Below, piece after piece: positions 47,948 through 56,741 of a stretch of 64,000 nucleotides of DNA. Source of the stretch: a bacterium (GTDB taxonomy: Bacteria; Bdellovibrionota_C; UBA2361; RFPC01). Location of the stretch: positions 17,992 to 81,991 of the forward strand of contig RFPC01000003.1 of NCBI GenBank assembly GCA_009926305.1, read 5' to 3'. Both the position numbers and the translations under genes were made by a program. The stretch's first letter is position 1. Every line of letters starts with the position of its first letter. The notes beneath the pieces were generated by a model. That model saw only the letters and a program-made list of their open reading frames with translations. It was not told the origin of the DNA and made no database searches.

Positions 47948-48340
47948 TTATTCGTCGTTTTTACCCCATACTTTAAGAGCCTGTTCTACCGCTTTATCAA
48001 AAGTTGGTGAACCAATTACTCCAAGTTCCGTAAATCGCAATCCCTCTAAAATCCAATTTGCAACGTTTGGTTCCACGAGGCTGTAAAAGTGGTGTTTTCC
48101 TTCTCTGCGCTCGTGAACAATTCGGAGGCTTCTAAACAACGCGAGATGCTGCGATACGCGAGAGGATGAAATTTCTAACGTCTCAGAAAGCCCCTGAACA
48201 TCACATTCCGCACGACCAAGTTCTTCAACCATCCGAATTCTATCAGGATGAGAAAATGCATTAAACAACTTAGCGAGCTCTTGGGCTACTACCTTACGGT
48301 CTCCCATACACCAATCCCATACGATTATCTTCCCCTCCAC
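47948..48340 (-). CDS. ArsR/SmtB-family transcriptional regulator
   Basis: ELAKLFNAFSHPDRIRMVEELGRAECDVQGLSETLEISSSRVSQHLALFRSLRIV. Confidence 0.7.
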   Translation of the reverse strand: MEGKIIVWDWCMGDRKVVAQELAKLFNAFSHPDRIRMVEELGRAECDVQGLSETLEISSSRVSQHLALFRSLRIVHERREGKHHFYSLVEPNVANWILEGLRFTELGVIGSPTFDKAVEQALKVWGKNDE

Positions 48341-48454
48341 TATAGAAACTCAGTAGAACTTATGAAAACCTTAAAAGTACTTTTCTCGCAAATTAACTCA
48401 CAAATCAGAGATTGAGCTATTTGAAGCTGGACTTTGTAAGGGGAAGTTGATATC

Positions 48455-48552
48455 ACCTCCCAGACTCTGGGGAGGCGTTATTGCCTGAGAATCCAATGCT
48501 CTATTGGTAAACCCGTAGAACCTGATTCGGCTAGTACCGACGTAGGGAGGCA
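48455..48552 (+). promoter_or_regulatory. TPP (THI-box) riboswitch
   Basis: ggggaggcg...CTGAGA...ACCCGTAGAACCTGATTCGGCTAGTACCGACGTAGGGAgg matches the THI-element core (CUGAGA, ACCUGAUCUGGNUAAUACCAGCGUAGGGA). The 3' P1 strand contains GGGAGG, which is the Shine-Dalgarno for the ATG at 48555. Confidence 0.75.
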
Positions 48553-48554
48553 AG

Positions 48555-50897
48555 ATGTCGCAGTGTAATTCAAAGATCTGTAAGTCAAAAGCAGCGCAAG
48601 AATTTCTAATCCGAGAGACTACGCCCTGTATCGACGGTTCTTCTCACGGATTTCGAAGCAGCCAGTTCGGAACGCTCGATAGAACCCGATTGCTTGCCGT
48701 GGGATCTTTCAAGAAGACGCTATCGCTCAGAACGTATCATCATTTTGCGTTCCTTTCCGCCTATTTTGTCTGCCTTGCCGTCGTTTTATTCGCAGCTGAA
48801 GTCTACGCTGCAGACCAAGGCAGTAAATCTCAAAGCAGTGAATCTTCGGAGCAGAGGGATAATAGCCCTTCGGTTTCAGGTTTAGAATCACTCAATGCGA
48901 TAACTGAGCGAGCGATAATCGTTAAGGGGACCCCGCTGAGTGAATCACTCCAAACCTACTCTGGGAGTGTTAGTTTGATTCAAGCAGATCGGCTCCAAGA
49001 GACTGGCATTGATTTTCTTCAAAACCAGATTCTTGACCTTCCTAATGTAAATTTTGCAGGAGGGAGCTCGCGACCTCGGTTTTTTCAGATACGAGGAGTT
49101 GGTGACCTAGAGCAGTATGAAGGTTTTCCGAATTCCTCTGTTGCGGTAATTGTCGATGATATTGATTTGTCAGGGGTAGGAGCTGCTCTGACTCTTTTTG
49201 ATATTGAGCAGCTTGAGGTTCATAGAGGCCCACAGCCCACACGATTTGGCTCTAGTGCTATGGCTGGTGCGATCAGTGTAACAAGTCAAGAATCAACAGA
49301 CAAACTCAATGGCACAACAGTGCTCTCTAGTGGTAGTGATCAGCTCATCTCGTTTGGATCGGCTTTGAGTGGAGCAATTACGCCTGGGGTCTCAACCCGA
49401 ATAGCGGTGTTTGGTCATCAACAAAACGGGTTCCGCCATAATGAATTTTTGTCATCAGATAGTACGAATGAACGACAAGAGTTTACAGGACGAGCAAAAT
49501 TACAAATCTCCCCGTCTGATAATGCATCCTTTACGCTGCAGGTATTGAATGTTGATTTACAGAACGGATATGACGCCTTTTCGATTTTCAATGGATTCGA
49601 GACGCAATCCGATCGACCGGGGCGTGATGAAGAAACGCTACAACTTATGTCATTGAAGGGAGAGTTGAACCTGAATTCTACCCTTAATCTTGAATTGAAC
49701 ACGAGTTACTACCGTTCTGCCCAAGAGTATTCATTTGATGGAGATTGGGGAAGCAATACATTTTGGGCACCCTTTGATCCTTATGACTACTTTTCAGATA
49801 CAGATAGGAATCGAGATGCTGCTGCTCAGCTTATTCGTCTTCGAGGAGAACAGTTTTTGGGAGGAGAGGCACTTCGATACGTGCTAGGGCTCTACTGGCA
49901 CCATCTCTCTGAGAGGACAACTACTTCAGAATTTGCTGATAATCAGCAGTATGACTACCTCAGGTCCCGTTATGCTGCTGATACATATGCAACTTTTGCT
50001 GCTATCGAGTATCCGCTTTCCGACGTCCTTCTCCTCAATTCTGGGGTGCGGTTTGAGCGCCGTGACTCTGATTTTATTGATTCGAGGGGAGCCACTTTTA
50101 CGCCTGACGATGTGATGTGGGGAGGAGATATATCACTTCGGTATACAGCGAATGAGGACTTAGTCCCTTTCATTCGAGTTGCACGAGGATTTCGAGGCGG
50201 AGGATTTAATGCAAGTCCGAGCTTGCCGAGCAATTCGATTGAATTCAAACCAGAATCGCTTATAAATTTTGAAATGGGAGCTCGTTTCAGCTTGTTTGAC
50301 GATCGTTTTACGGGAGTAGTTTCTTCATTCGTCAACTATCGAGATGACCAGCAATTAAAGCTTGCCTTACAGGTTGATCCAAGCGATCCCCTGTCTTTTA
50401 GCTATGTGACTGATAACGCTGCTAAGGGCTATAGCTATGGGGCGGAGCTTGAATCAGCTTTTCGAATTACAGATAGCCTCTCTCTACAAACCCAAATCGC
50501 CTTGCTAGATACTCGCGCAGAAGTCAATGAGGGTGTATTAAATAGCCTTGATGGACGACAGCAGTCGCATGCACCCTCGTGGCAATATGCAGCTCAGGTA
50601 GAGAAGTTTTTACGAGACACTCTTTCGGTTCAGGTTGGAATTGCTGGGCGAGATTCCTTCTATTTTGATGATAGCCATGATGCTCAATCAAAGCCATATC
50701 ACCTGCTTCACGCTTCACTCTTTTATTTTTCAGATCGATGGCGACTTCAGTTCTGGGGCAGAAATCTCACAGATGAGCATTATGCGGTGCGTGGATTTTT
50801 CTTTGGAAATGAGCCACCAGATTTCCCCAATAAAAAATATGTCCAGTTAGGTGATCCGAGAAGTTTTGGATTCACTTGGACGTACTTCTTAAGCTAA
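48555..50897 (+). CDS. TonB-dependent outer-membrane receptor (thiamine/thiamine-precursor uptake inferred)
   Basis: Plug domain (IVKGTPLSESLQTYSGSVSLIQADRLQETG) and a ~22-strand barrel. A cleavable signal peptide lies about 50 aa inside the annotated N-terminus (alternative GTG at 48699). Confidence 0.8.
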   Translation: MSQCNSKICKSKAAQEFLIRETTPCIDGSSHGFRSSQFGTLDRTRLLAVGSFKKTLSLRTYHHFAFLSAYFVCLAVVLFAAEVYAADQGSKSQSSESSEQRDNSPSVSGLESLNAITERAIIVKGTPLSESLQTYSGSVSLIQADRLQETGIDFLQNQILDLPNVNFAGGSSRPRFFQIRGVGDLEQYEGFPNSSVAVIVDDIDLSGVGAALTLFDIEQLEVHRGPQPTRFGSSAMAGAISVTSQESTDKLNGTTVLSSGSDQLISFGSALSGAITPGVSTRIAVFGHQQNGFRHNEFLSSDSTNERQEFTGRAKLQISPSDNASFTLQVLNVDLQNGYDAFSIFNGFETQSDRPGRDEETLQLMSLKGELNLNSTLNLELNTSYYRSAQEYSFDGDWGSNTFWAPFDPYDYFSDTDRNRDAAAQLIRLRGEQFLGGEALRYVLGLYWHHLSERTTTSEFADNQQYDYLRSRYAADTYATFAAIEYPLSDVLLLNSGVRFERRDSDFIDSRGATFTPDDVMWGGDISLRYTANEDLVPFIRVARGFRGGGFNASPSLPSNSIEFKPESLINFEMGARFSLFDDRFTGVVSSFVNYRDDQQLKLALQVDPSDPLSFSYVTDNAAKGYSYGAELESAFRITDSLSLQTQIALLDTRAEVNEGVLNSLDGRQQSHAPSWQYAAQVEKFLRDTLSVQVGIAGRDSFYFDDSHDAQSKPYHLLHASLFYFSDRWRLQFWGRNLTDEHYAVRGFFFGNEPPDFPNKKYVQLGDPRSFGFTWTYFLS

Positions 50898-51460
50898 TGA
50901 ATACTAGTTCTCTGATAGAGTTCGTTGCAGTCATCACAGCACTTTTTTATGTATTGCTGGCTATGCAAGAGCGACCATGGTGTTGGTTCTTCGCGATAGT
51001 AAGCAGTGTGTGTTATATCTTCGTTTTTATGGCCGCTGAGTTGTTTACCGAGGCGATGCTTCAATTTTTCTTTATCGGAATATCGATACAGGGATTCTTC
51101 TTATGGCAAGGAGGGCAGAAGCAACAGGCTCCGTCTATTCACTTTGGATCGAGAATCAGGAACATACAAGGAGTTCTGCTATGTCTAGTATTGACGGTCT
51201 CTTTGGGAGAGTTTACACGGCGGTATACCGGCGCATCGCTGGCGTATCCAGATGCAGCAATTACAATTTTTAGTATTTATGCCACTTTCCTGGCAAAGGA
51301 TAAGCGAATTGAGAACTGGCTGTATTGGGTTATTATTGATAGCGGAGCTGTTGTTCTCTACGGGGTTAAGGAATTATATCTTACCGCAGTGCTCTTTGGT
51401 TTGTATGTGTTTTTGGCCCTTTTGGGATTCTATCAATGGAAAAAAAAGTTAACGATATAA
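50876..51460 (+). CDS. PnuC-family vitamin transporter (PnuT-like)
   Basis: 194 aa with 6-7 TM helices and aromatic-rich loops typical of PnuC. Overlaps the 3' end of the TonB-dependent receptor gene (in a different frame). Confidence 0.6.
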   Translation: MDVLLKLMNTSSLIEFVAVITALFYVLLAMQERPWCWFFAIVSSVCYIFVFMAAELFTEAMLQFFFIGISIQGFFLWQGGQKQQAPSIHFGSRIRNIQGVLLCLVLTVSLGEFTRRYTGASLAYPDAAITIFSIYATFLAKDKRIENWLYWVIIDSGAVVLYGVKELYLTAVLFGLYVFLALLGFYQWKKKLTI

Positions 51461-52149
51461 CCCGTCGGCACTCCGCACTGCTGGTGTTAAATGGAGAATT
51501 CCCAGATAGTGCGCTATTCGACGCGCTTCTTGAGCATCATTCTCTCATTATCTGCGCAGACGGAGCTGCGAATATCCTATTGAATATGGGATTTTGGCCA
51601 GAAGTCATTATTGGAGACCTTGACTCAGTCGAAATTCCTGCTGGCAAAGAGATAGCTCGTGGGACAATAGTCATAGAGAATGGCGATCAGTATAGTACTG
51701 ATTTTGAAAAAGCACTTTTATATCTCTCTGACAAAGGTTTTAAGGAAATTTCTATTGTAGGCCTGAAAGGGGGGCGATTCGATCACCAAATTACAAACCT
51801 AAGTATTCTTTGTCAGTTCAGTTCTGAGTTTAACTTTAGGCTCTTCGATAATGATGGTATCGGTTATGTGCTGACTGATAGCAAGAGCTCTATGACGACT
51901 AACATGCCAGCGAATACAGTGATTTCTCTTCTTCCACTGACAAAAGTAACTGGTATTCAGACGAGACGACTAAAATATCCACTCGATAACGAAGCGCTAC
52001 AGTTCGGAGATAGGAATGGACAGAGTAATGCTAGTCTTGGTGGGGAAATCTCTATTTCACTCAAAAGTGGAAGTTTGATTTGTTATATTCTGATGCCCTC
52101 CTGGTGGACTCAACGAGAGATGTATTCAAAGCTCATAAATTGTTACTGA
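51436..52149 (+). CDS. thiamine pyrophosphokinase
   Basis: LVLNGEFPD...IICADGAANILL...IIGDLDS match the TPK catalytic-domain motifs. A thiamine-binding C-terminal domain follows. Confidence 0.7.
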   Translation: MEKKVNDITRRHSALLVLNGEFPDSALFDALLEHHSLIICADGAANILLNMGFWPEVIIGDLDSVEIPAGKEIARGTIVIENGDQYSTDFEKALLYLSDKGFKEISIVGLKGGRFDHQITNLSILCQFSSEFNFRLFDNDGIGYVLTDSKSSMTTNMPANTVISLLPLTKVTGIQTRRLKYPLDNEALQFGDRNGQSNASLGGEISISLKSGSLICYILMPSWWTQREMYSKLINCY

Positions 52150-52274
52150 AGCTTTGGGAACGAAAAGAGCATACTTCCCGTCTTCCCCGTCGCCTGTCAT
52201 TATGTAGTTGGATTTGCTGCATGCCGTAGAAGCAGTAGTTCATCAGTCATTGAAAAGAAGGATGGGGAACTTCT

Positions 52275-52922
52275 ATGAGGATCGTGTTCATAGGTTTTAG
52301 CAATGTCGGGAAATCATATTGGTCTAAAAAGTTGGAAGATGAATTGGGCTATACTCGAGTGTGTTGTGATGATCTTATAGAGCAAGGCTTGGTTGGAGCG
52401 CTTCCTCAAGATGCTCAAGGGGTAGGGGCAGTTGCTCAGTGGCTTGGCCATCCTCACCAGGTTGGCTATACGAAAAGAGAAGCGCTGTATCTTCAGCAGG
52501 AGGAGCAGGTACTGGAGTCTTTTCTGAACAGCGACTTTCACTTGTTAGACGAGAATTTTGTGTTCGATACAACTGGAAGTGTTGTCTATTGTTCGAAAGA
52601 GATGCAAGACCGTCTACATGAAATAGGTATCATAGTATATGTACGGGCTGATACCGTGATGCGACAAGAGTTGCTGAGTCGTTTTTTCGTCGAGCCGAAG
52701 CCCCTTATCTGGGGTAATATTTTTAGCCAAGAAGTGCTGAATCAAGGAAAAAATGAAGGTGAAATCCTCGAGCGTCTTAAGGAGGCATTTCCAGAGCTGA
52801 TTCGCTTTCGAGAGGAAAAATATGAAGAGCTGGCTGATGTAATAGTAAATGCCTCTGATATTCGTCGCACGTGCATGAGTGCGGAGGAGCTGCTTCTAAA
52901 AATTAGAGAGGCGCAATCATAA
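52275..52922 (+). CDS. P-loop NTPase / small-molecule kinase (shikimate-kinase-like fold)
   Basis: Walker A IVFIGFSNVGKSYWSKKL followed by DDLIE. Confidence 0.45.
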   Translation: MRIVFIGFSNVGKSYWSKKLEDELGYTRVCCDDLIEQGLVGALPQDAQGVGAVAQWLGHPHQVGYTKREALYLQQEEQVLESFLNSDFHLLDENFVFDTTGSVVYCSKEMQDRLHEIGIIVYVRADTVMRQELLSRFFVEPKPLIWGNIFSQEVLNQGKNEGEILERLKEAFPELIRFREEKYEELADVIVNASDIRRTCMSAEELLLKIREAQS

Positions 52923-52932
52923 GAGCCTGATT

Positions 52933-53277
52933 TCAGGCTTTCAGGCTTGTGTACTTATCTTTAGATCCTGTTGCTTGGTCCAAGGGATATTTAGCAGCGT
53001 TTTTTTTCATCTTTTTACGAAATGCGTCTTCAATGTCAACTTCAAGGTCATTAGAGAGAAGCAGTATCCAATAGAGGATATCGGAAAGTTCTTCACCTAC
53101 TTTCTTTTTGTCCATCTCTTGAATCTCACGCGCACTCTTCCACTGAAAATGCTCACAGAGCTCAGATACCTCGAGGTTCAGAGAGAGTAGCATATCTTTA
53201 TATGTGTGAAATTGTTTCCAATCGCGTGCATCTCGAAACTGGACCACTTCTTTCTGTAATGTATTGAGGTTCGCCAC
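52933..53277 (-). CDS. MazG-like nucleotide pyrophosphohydrolase
   Basis: EVSELCEHFQW ... EELSDILYWILLLSNDLEVD is the MazG/EE-type helical motif. Confidence 0.6.
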   Translation of the reverse strand: MANLNTLQKEVVQFRDARDWKQFHTYKDMLLSLNLEVSELCEHFQWKSAREIQEMDKKKVGEELSDILYWILLLSNDLEVDIEDAFRKKMKKNAAKYPLDQATGSKDKYTSLKA

Positions 53278-53497
53278 GGGCTCCTCCCTAAAGAAAAGTA
53301 TTCAGTGTAAAACGTTAGTCTGCCGTGCTCCTCAGTAAGAGTCCAGTTTATTGGGGACAAAATCTAGTGGCTCTAGAATCGCAGCCGTATATCAAATCTG
53401 GTAATCATATTTTATGGCAAATTGGACCCATTTGTATTGCTATCTTTTCAATAGAGGTCTCTTTCCGCTTTCATAAAAAGTTTCTAGACTAGCGTAC

Positions 53498-54538
53498 ATG
53501 GATAGTGGATACCTCCTAGCTTTTGACCCCTTCGCGATACAGTTTACCGAGTCGTTTGGTATTCGTTGGTACGGTCTCGGCTATCTTGGCGGATTTTTAT
53601 CAGGGTACTTTTTTACGGCGTGGCTTCTCGCCAAGCCAGGAATGCTCCTATCTCGACATCTTTTAGAAGATTTTGTTTTTTCGGTAGCGGTTGGATGTAT
53701 TGTCGGAGGAAGACTGGGATACTGCCTGTTTTACTCGCCAAGTCTCTTGACTGATTTTCGAGATAGCTTCCCTTTTTGGGGTGTGCTTGCTGTGAATGAA
53801 GGCGGAATGGCGAGTCATGGAGGAATAGTCGGAATGGTCATTGCAGTTCTAATATTCAGTCGACGTCATCAGATATCATTCTGGCATCTGGGTGATCTGG
53901 TAATCTATGGCTCTACACTTGGCATTACCTTTGGAAGATTAGCAAATTTTATTAATGGTGAGCTCGTTGGTAGAGCTTGCAATAGCTCATGTATATTCCC
54001 TGTAAAATTTCCCCAAGATATTCTTACATGGCCTTTCTACTCTCCAGAGAAGTTGCCATCGCTTCAAGGAGTGGTTGAGAAGCTTGGGATTGAAGCGAGC
54101 AGTTGGCAGAATATGGTTAACTATGGGGGGAAATCTCAGATATTGGATGTTATGCACCAGATTGTACGGAGTGTTCAATCTGGGAATAAGGAAATTCAAG
54201 AGGCGCTCAAAGAGGTTCTGATCGCTCGCCATCCTTCGCAACTCTATGCGGCTTTCTTTGAGGGACTTTTTCTTTTTTTGGTTTTATTCTGGGTCTGGCG
54301 AAAACCGCAGCGGCCAGGAGTTATTGCAGCACTCTTTCTCTTTTTGTATCCCATTATGAGAATGTTCACGGAGTTTTTTCGAGAGCCCGACCTCCACGTC
54401 GGATTTCAGCTTTTTGGTTTAACTCGGGGCCAGTGGCTGAGTATTATTATGTTAGCGGTTACATCCGTTTTCCTCATTAAGATTTTGCGTTCGTCTGCAC
54501 CAAAAATAGGAGGATGGTCGAAAAAGCCTTCTAAGTAA
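53498..54538 (+). CDS. lgt: prolipoprotein diacylglyceryl transferase
   Basis: Lgt signature GRLANFINGELVGR and HPSQLYAAFFEG. It carries a ~70-aa insertion relative to the minimal Lgt. Confidence 0.8.
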   Translation: MDSGYLLAFDPFAIQFTESFGIRWYGLGYLGGFLSGYFFTAWLLAKPGMLLSRHLLEDFVFSVAVGCIVGGRLGYCLFYSPSLLTDFRDSFPFWGVLAVNEGGMASHGGIVGMVIAVLIFSRRHQISFWHLGDLVIYGSTLGITFGRLANFINGELVGRACNSSCIFPVKFPQDILTWPFYSPEKLPSLQGVVEKLGIEASSWQNMVNYGGKSQILDVMHQIVRSVQSGNKEIQEALKEVLIARHPSQLYAAFFEGLFLFLVLFWVWRKPQRPGVIAALFLFLYPIMRMFTEFFREPDLHVGFQLFGLTRGQWLSIIMLAVTSVFLIKILRSSAPKIGGWSKKPSK

Positions 54539-54574
54539 CTATTGATGAAAACCGAGTATTGAAGGAGATATCCA

Positions 54575-55489
54575 ATGTCCCGTGGCATGGCATGTTGTCT
54601 TACTGTAGTCCTACTGTGGGGGCTTCAGCCATTTTTTATGAAGGCAGCTCTTATTGAATTCGATGCATACACTATTTCTTGGTTTCGTCTGACTGGGGCG
54701 TGCGTACTCCTACTTTGCATGAGCCGAGCGTGTTGGAAGGAGTATCTTTATGCGATGAGGCCCAATCTTCTGCCACTTTTTGCTACTGGACTCTGTTTGG
54801 CAGTGAATTACTTTACCTTCATTAAAGGAATTGATCTCGGAGGTCCGATTACTGCTGGCGTTACAATTCAGGTGGGCCCAGTACTTTTGGCTTTAGTTGG
54901 AGTTGTATGGTTTCGTGAACGATTAGCGCGGCTTCAAATATTGGGGGTCATTGTTGCTAGTCTCGGCTTCTTTTTATTTTTCAAGGAAAGATTGGGAGTT
55001 GCGAGCATCACAGAGTTTCAGGCTGATGCTGTTGGGGTAGTCATTATTTCTGCCATATTTTGGGTCGGTTATTGTATAGGACAGAAAATGTTAGGCTCTC
55101 GAGTAGGAGTAAATATTGTCAATCTCGCGGCATATCTCTTTTCTGCATTGCTACTATCCCCGTTTATAACGCTTCCTGAAAGCCATCAGATTCTTACCGC
55201 GAGCTTTGCAGCCATGATATATTTAAGTATATCAACTACAGTAGCATACTGGGCACTGGGTGAAGCCATTCGACTTGTGCCTGTCTCGATTGTCAGTCTT
55301 TGTATTGTAACTAATCCAATAGTCACTATTGTGGTAGTCGAGATTCTTTTGTTTTTCGGTAATATCTTTTTCGAGCCTTATCCACTAACAGGTATTGGAT
55401 ATCTTGGAACGTGTATAGCTCTTGTGGGAGTTGCAATAGCAGTAGCAAAGAGGACCCCTCGTATTTCAAGACTCGAGATTGTAGAGTAA
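54575..55489 (+). CDS. EamA/DMT-family transporter (paralog 1)
   Basis: 10 TM helices and duplicated EamA halves. About 50% identical to the downstream paralog. Confidence 0.75.
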   Translation: MSRGMACCLTVVLLWGLQPFFMKAALIEFDAYTISWFRLTGACVLLLCMSRACWKEYLYAMRPNLLPLFATGLCLAVNYFTFIKGIDLGGPITAGVTIQVGPVLLALVGVVWFRERLARLQILGVIVASLGFFLFFKERLGVASITEFQADAVGVVIISAIFWVGYCIGQKMLGSRVGVNIVNLAAYLFSALLLSPFITLPESHQILTASFAAMIYLSISTTVAYWALGEAIRLVPVSIVSLCIVTNPIVTIVVVEILLFFGNIFFEPYPLTGIGYLGTCIALVGVAIAVAKRTPRISRLEIVE

Positions 55490-55704
55490 AAGAATTAGTT
55501 GAATTGGGCTCTGTTTTCTCTTTTTGATATTCATCAATATTATCTTTGGGTATCTTAGCCCTTTCTGAGTGTGTTATTATTCAGCGAAGAAATCTTCAGG
55601 TCGTTCAACGCAGGAATATGACACTTGGATTTATAGATTGATGGACTTATGTCGGTATCGTAATTCCTTGCCATTTTGACTTCTTACTATTTTGACTTCT
55701 TACT

Positions 55705-56613
55705 ATGACCGCATCTAACCGTTCCGCTTCTGTATATGGGTCTCTCTGTTGCCTCGCTGTTATAGCGTTATGGGGCATAGAGCCCCTTTTTATGAAAGTA
55801 GCGTTGATTGAGTTTGACTCATATACCATCACGTGGTTTCGAGTAGCAGGCGCTTTTCTTTTGATGTTTGTCGCGAGAGCAAATTTATGGGCCTCAGCCC
55901 CCCGAGCATTTTTAAGGCATTTTTGGGGAGTGATTTTATCAGGCTGTTTTTTAGCGGTTTATTTCTATGCGTTTGTAAAAGGCATTGAAGTGGGTGGGCC
56001 GATGACTGCTGCAATCACTATTCAGATAGGGCCGATAGCTCTAGCTCTTATCGGATTTGTTTTTTTTCACGAGAAACTCATTCGTGTTCAGATAGTAGGC
56101 GCATTCATTGCGATCCTCGGATTTGTTGTCTTCTTTTATTCTCGTCTTTCTGGGGTTGAGGAGGCGCAATTTCAATTAGAGGCCGTAATTATAGTGAGCA
56201 TCGCTGCGATTTCATGGGCTGGCTTTTGTGTCGGTCAAAAAATAATCGGGGCAACTATAGGAGCGAATTTACTCAATTTTATCACATTTCTTTTTGCCGC
56301 TCTTTTACTGTTTCCAATTATTACCTATCCAAGGGGAGAGCAGCTAGCCACTTGGTCTTTTGCCGCTATCGTATATCTGAGCGTCTCTACTTTTATTGCA
56401 TATTGGGCGCTGGGTGAGGCTATTCGTTTGTTGCCAGTATCGATAGTGAGCTTTTTTATTACACTTAATCCGTTTGTTACCATTATTTGCGTTCAAATAC
56501 TTTTGTGGCTTGGAAATGACTTTTTTGAACCTCAGCCGCTTACGTTCTATGGATATATTGGTTCGTGTATGGCGCTCCTCGGTGTGGCAGGGGCAACTCT
56601 TCGTAGGCGTTGA
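55705..56613 (+). CDS. EamA/DMT-family transporter (paralog 2)
   Basis: Collinear similarity with paralog 1 (e.g. LWGIEPLFMKVALIEFDSYTITWFR vs LWGLQPFFMKAALIEFDAYTISWFR). Confidence 0.75.
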   Translation: MTASNRSASVYGSLCCLAVIALWGIEPLFMKVALIEFDSYTITWFRVAGAFLLMFVARANLWASAPRAFLRHFWGVILSGCFLAVYFYAFVKGIEVGGPMTAAITIQIGPIALALIGFVFFHEKLIRVQIVGAFIAILGFVVFFYSRLSGVEEAQFQLEAVIIVSIAAISWAGFCVGQKIIGATIGANLLNFITFLFAALLLFPIITYPRGEQLATWSFAAIVYLSVSTFIAYWALGEAIRLLPVSIVSFFITLNPFVTIICVQILLWLGNDFFEPQPLTFYGYIGSCMALLGVAGATLRRR

Positions 56614-56693
56614 TAAGCGACTGATATCGCCTCCGCCTGACAAAAAAATGACGTTCTTCACTCGCCCAAGGACTGATTTCATTAGAGAAAACT

Positions 56694-56709
56694 TGGCATC
56701 TGGCTTGCG
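56694..56709 (+). promoter_or_regulatory. sigma-54-type promoter (TGGCATC-N4-TTGCG) upstream of motA
   Basis: acTTGGCATCtggcTTGCGa has GG-N10-GC spacing. It lies 33 nt upstream of the GTG start, which is preceded by a GAGGAGGAG Shine-Dalgarno. Confidence 0.5.
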
Positions 56710-56741
56710 ACAACTCAGTTTTACTTTGGTGAGGAGGAGCT

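Noticed and set aside
48360-48555. Cobalamin riboswitch upstream of the TonB-dependent receptor, as for a BtuB-type gene
   Set aside because: No B12-box (GCCACTG) is present. The region instead carries the diagnostic TPP THI-box core, and the downstream genes are thiamine salvage genes.
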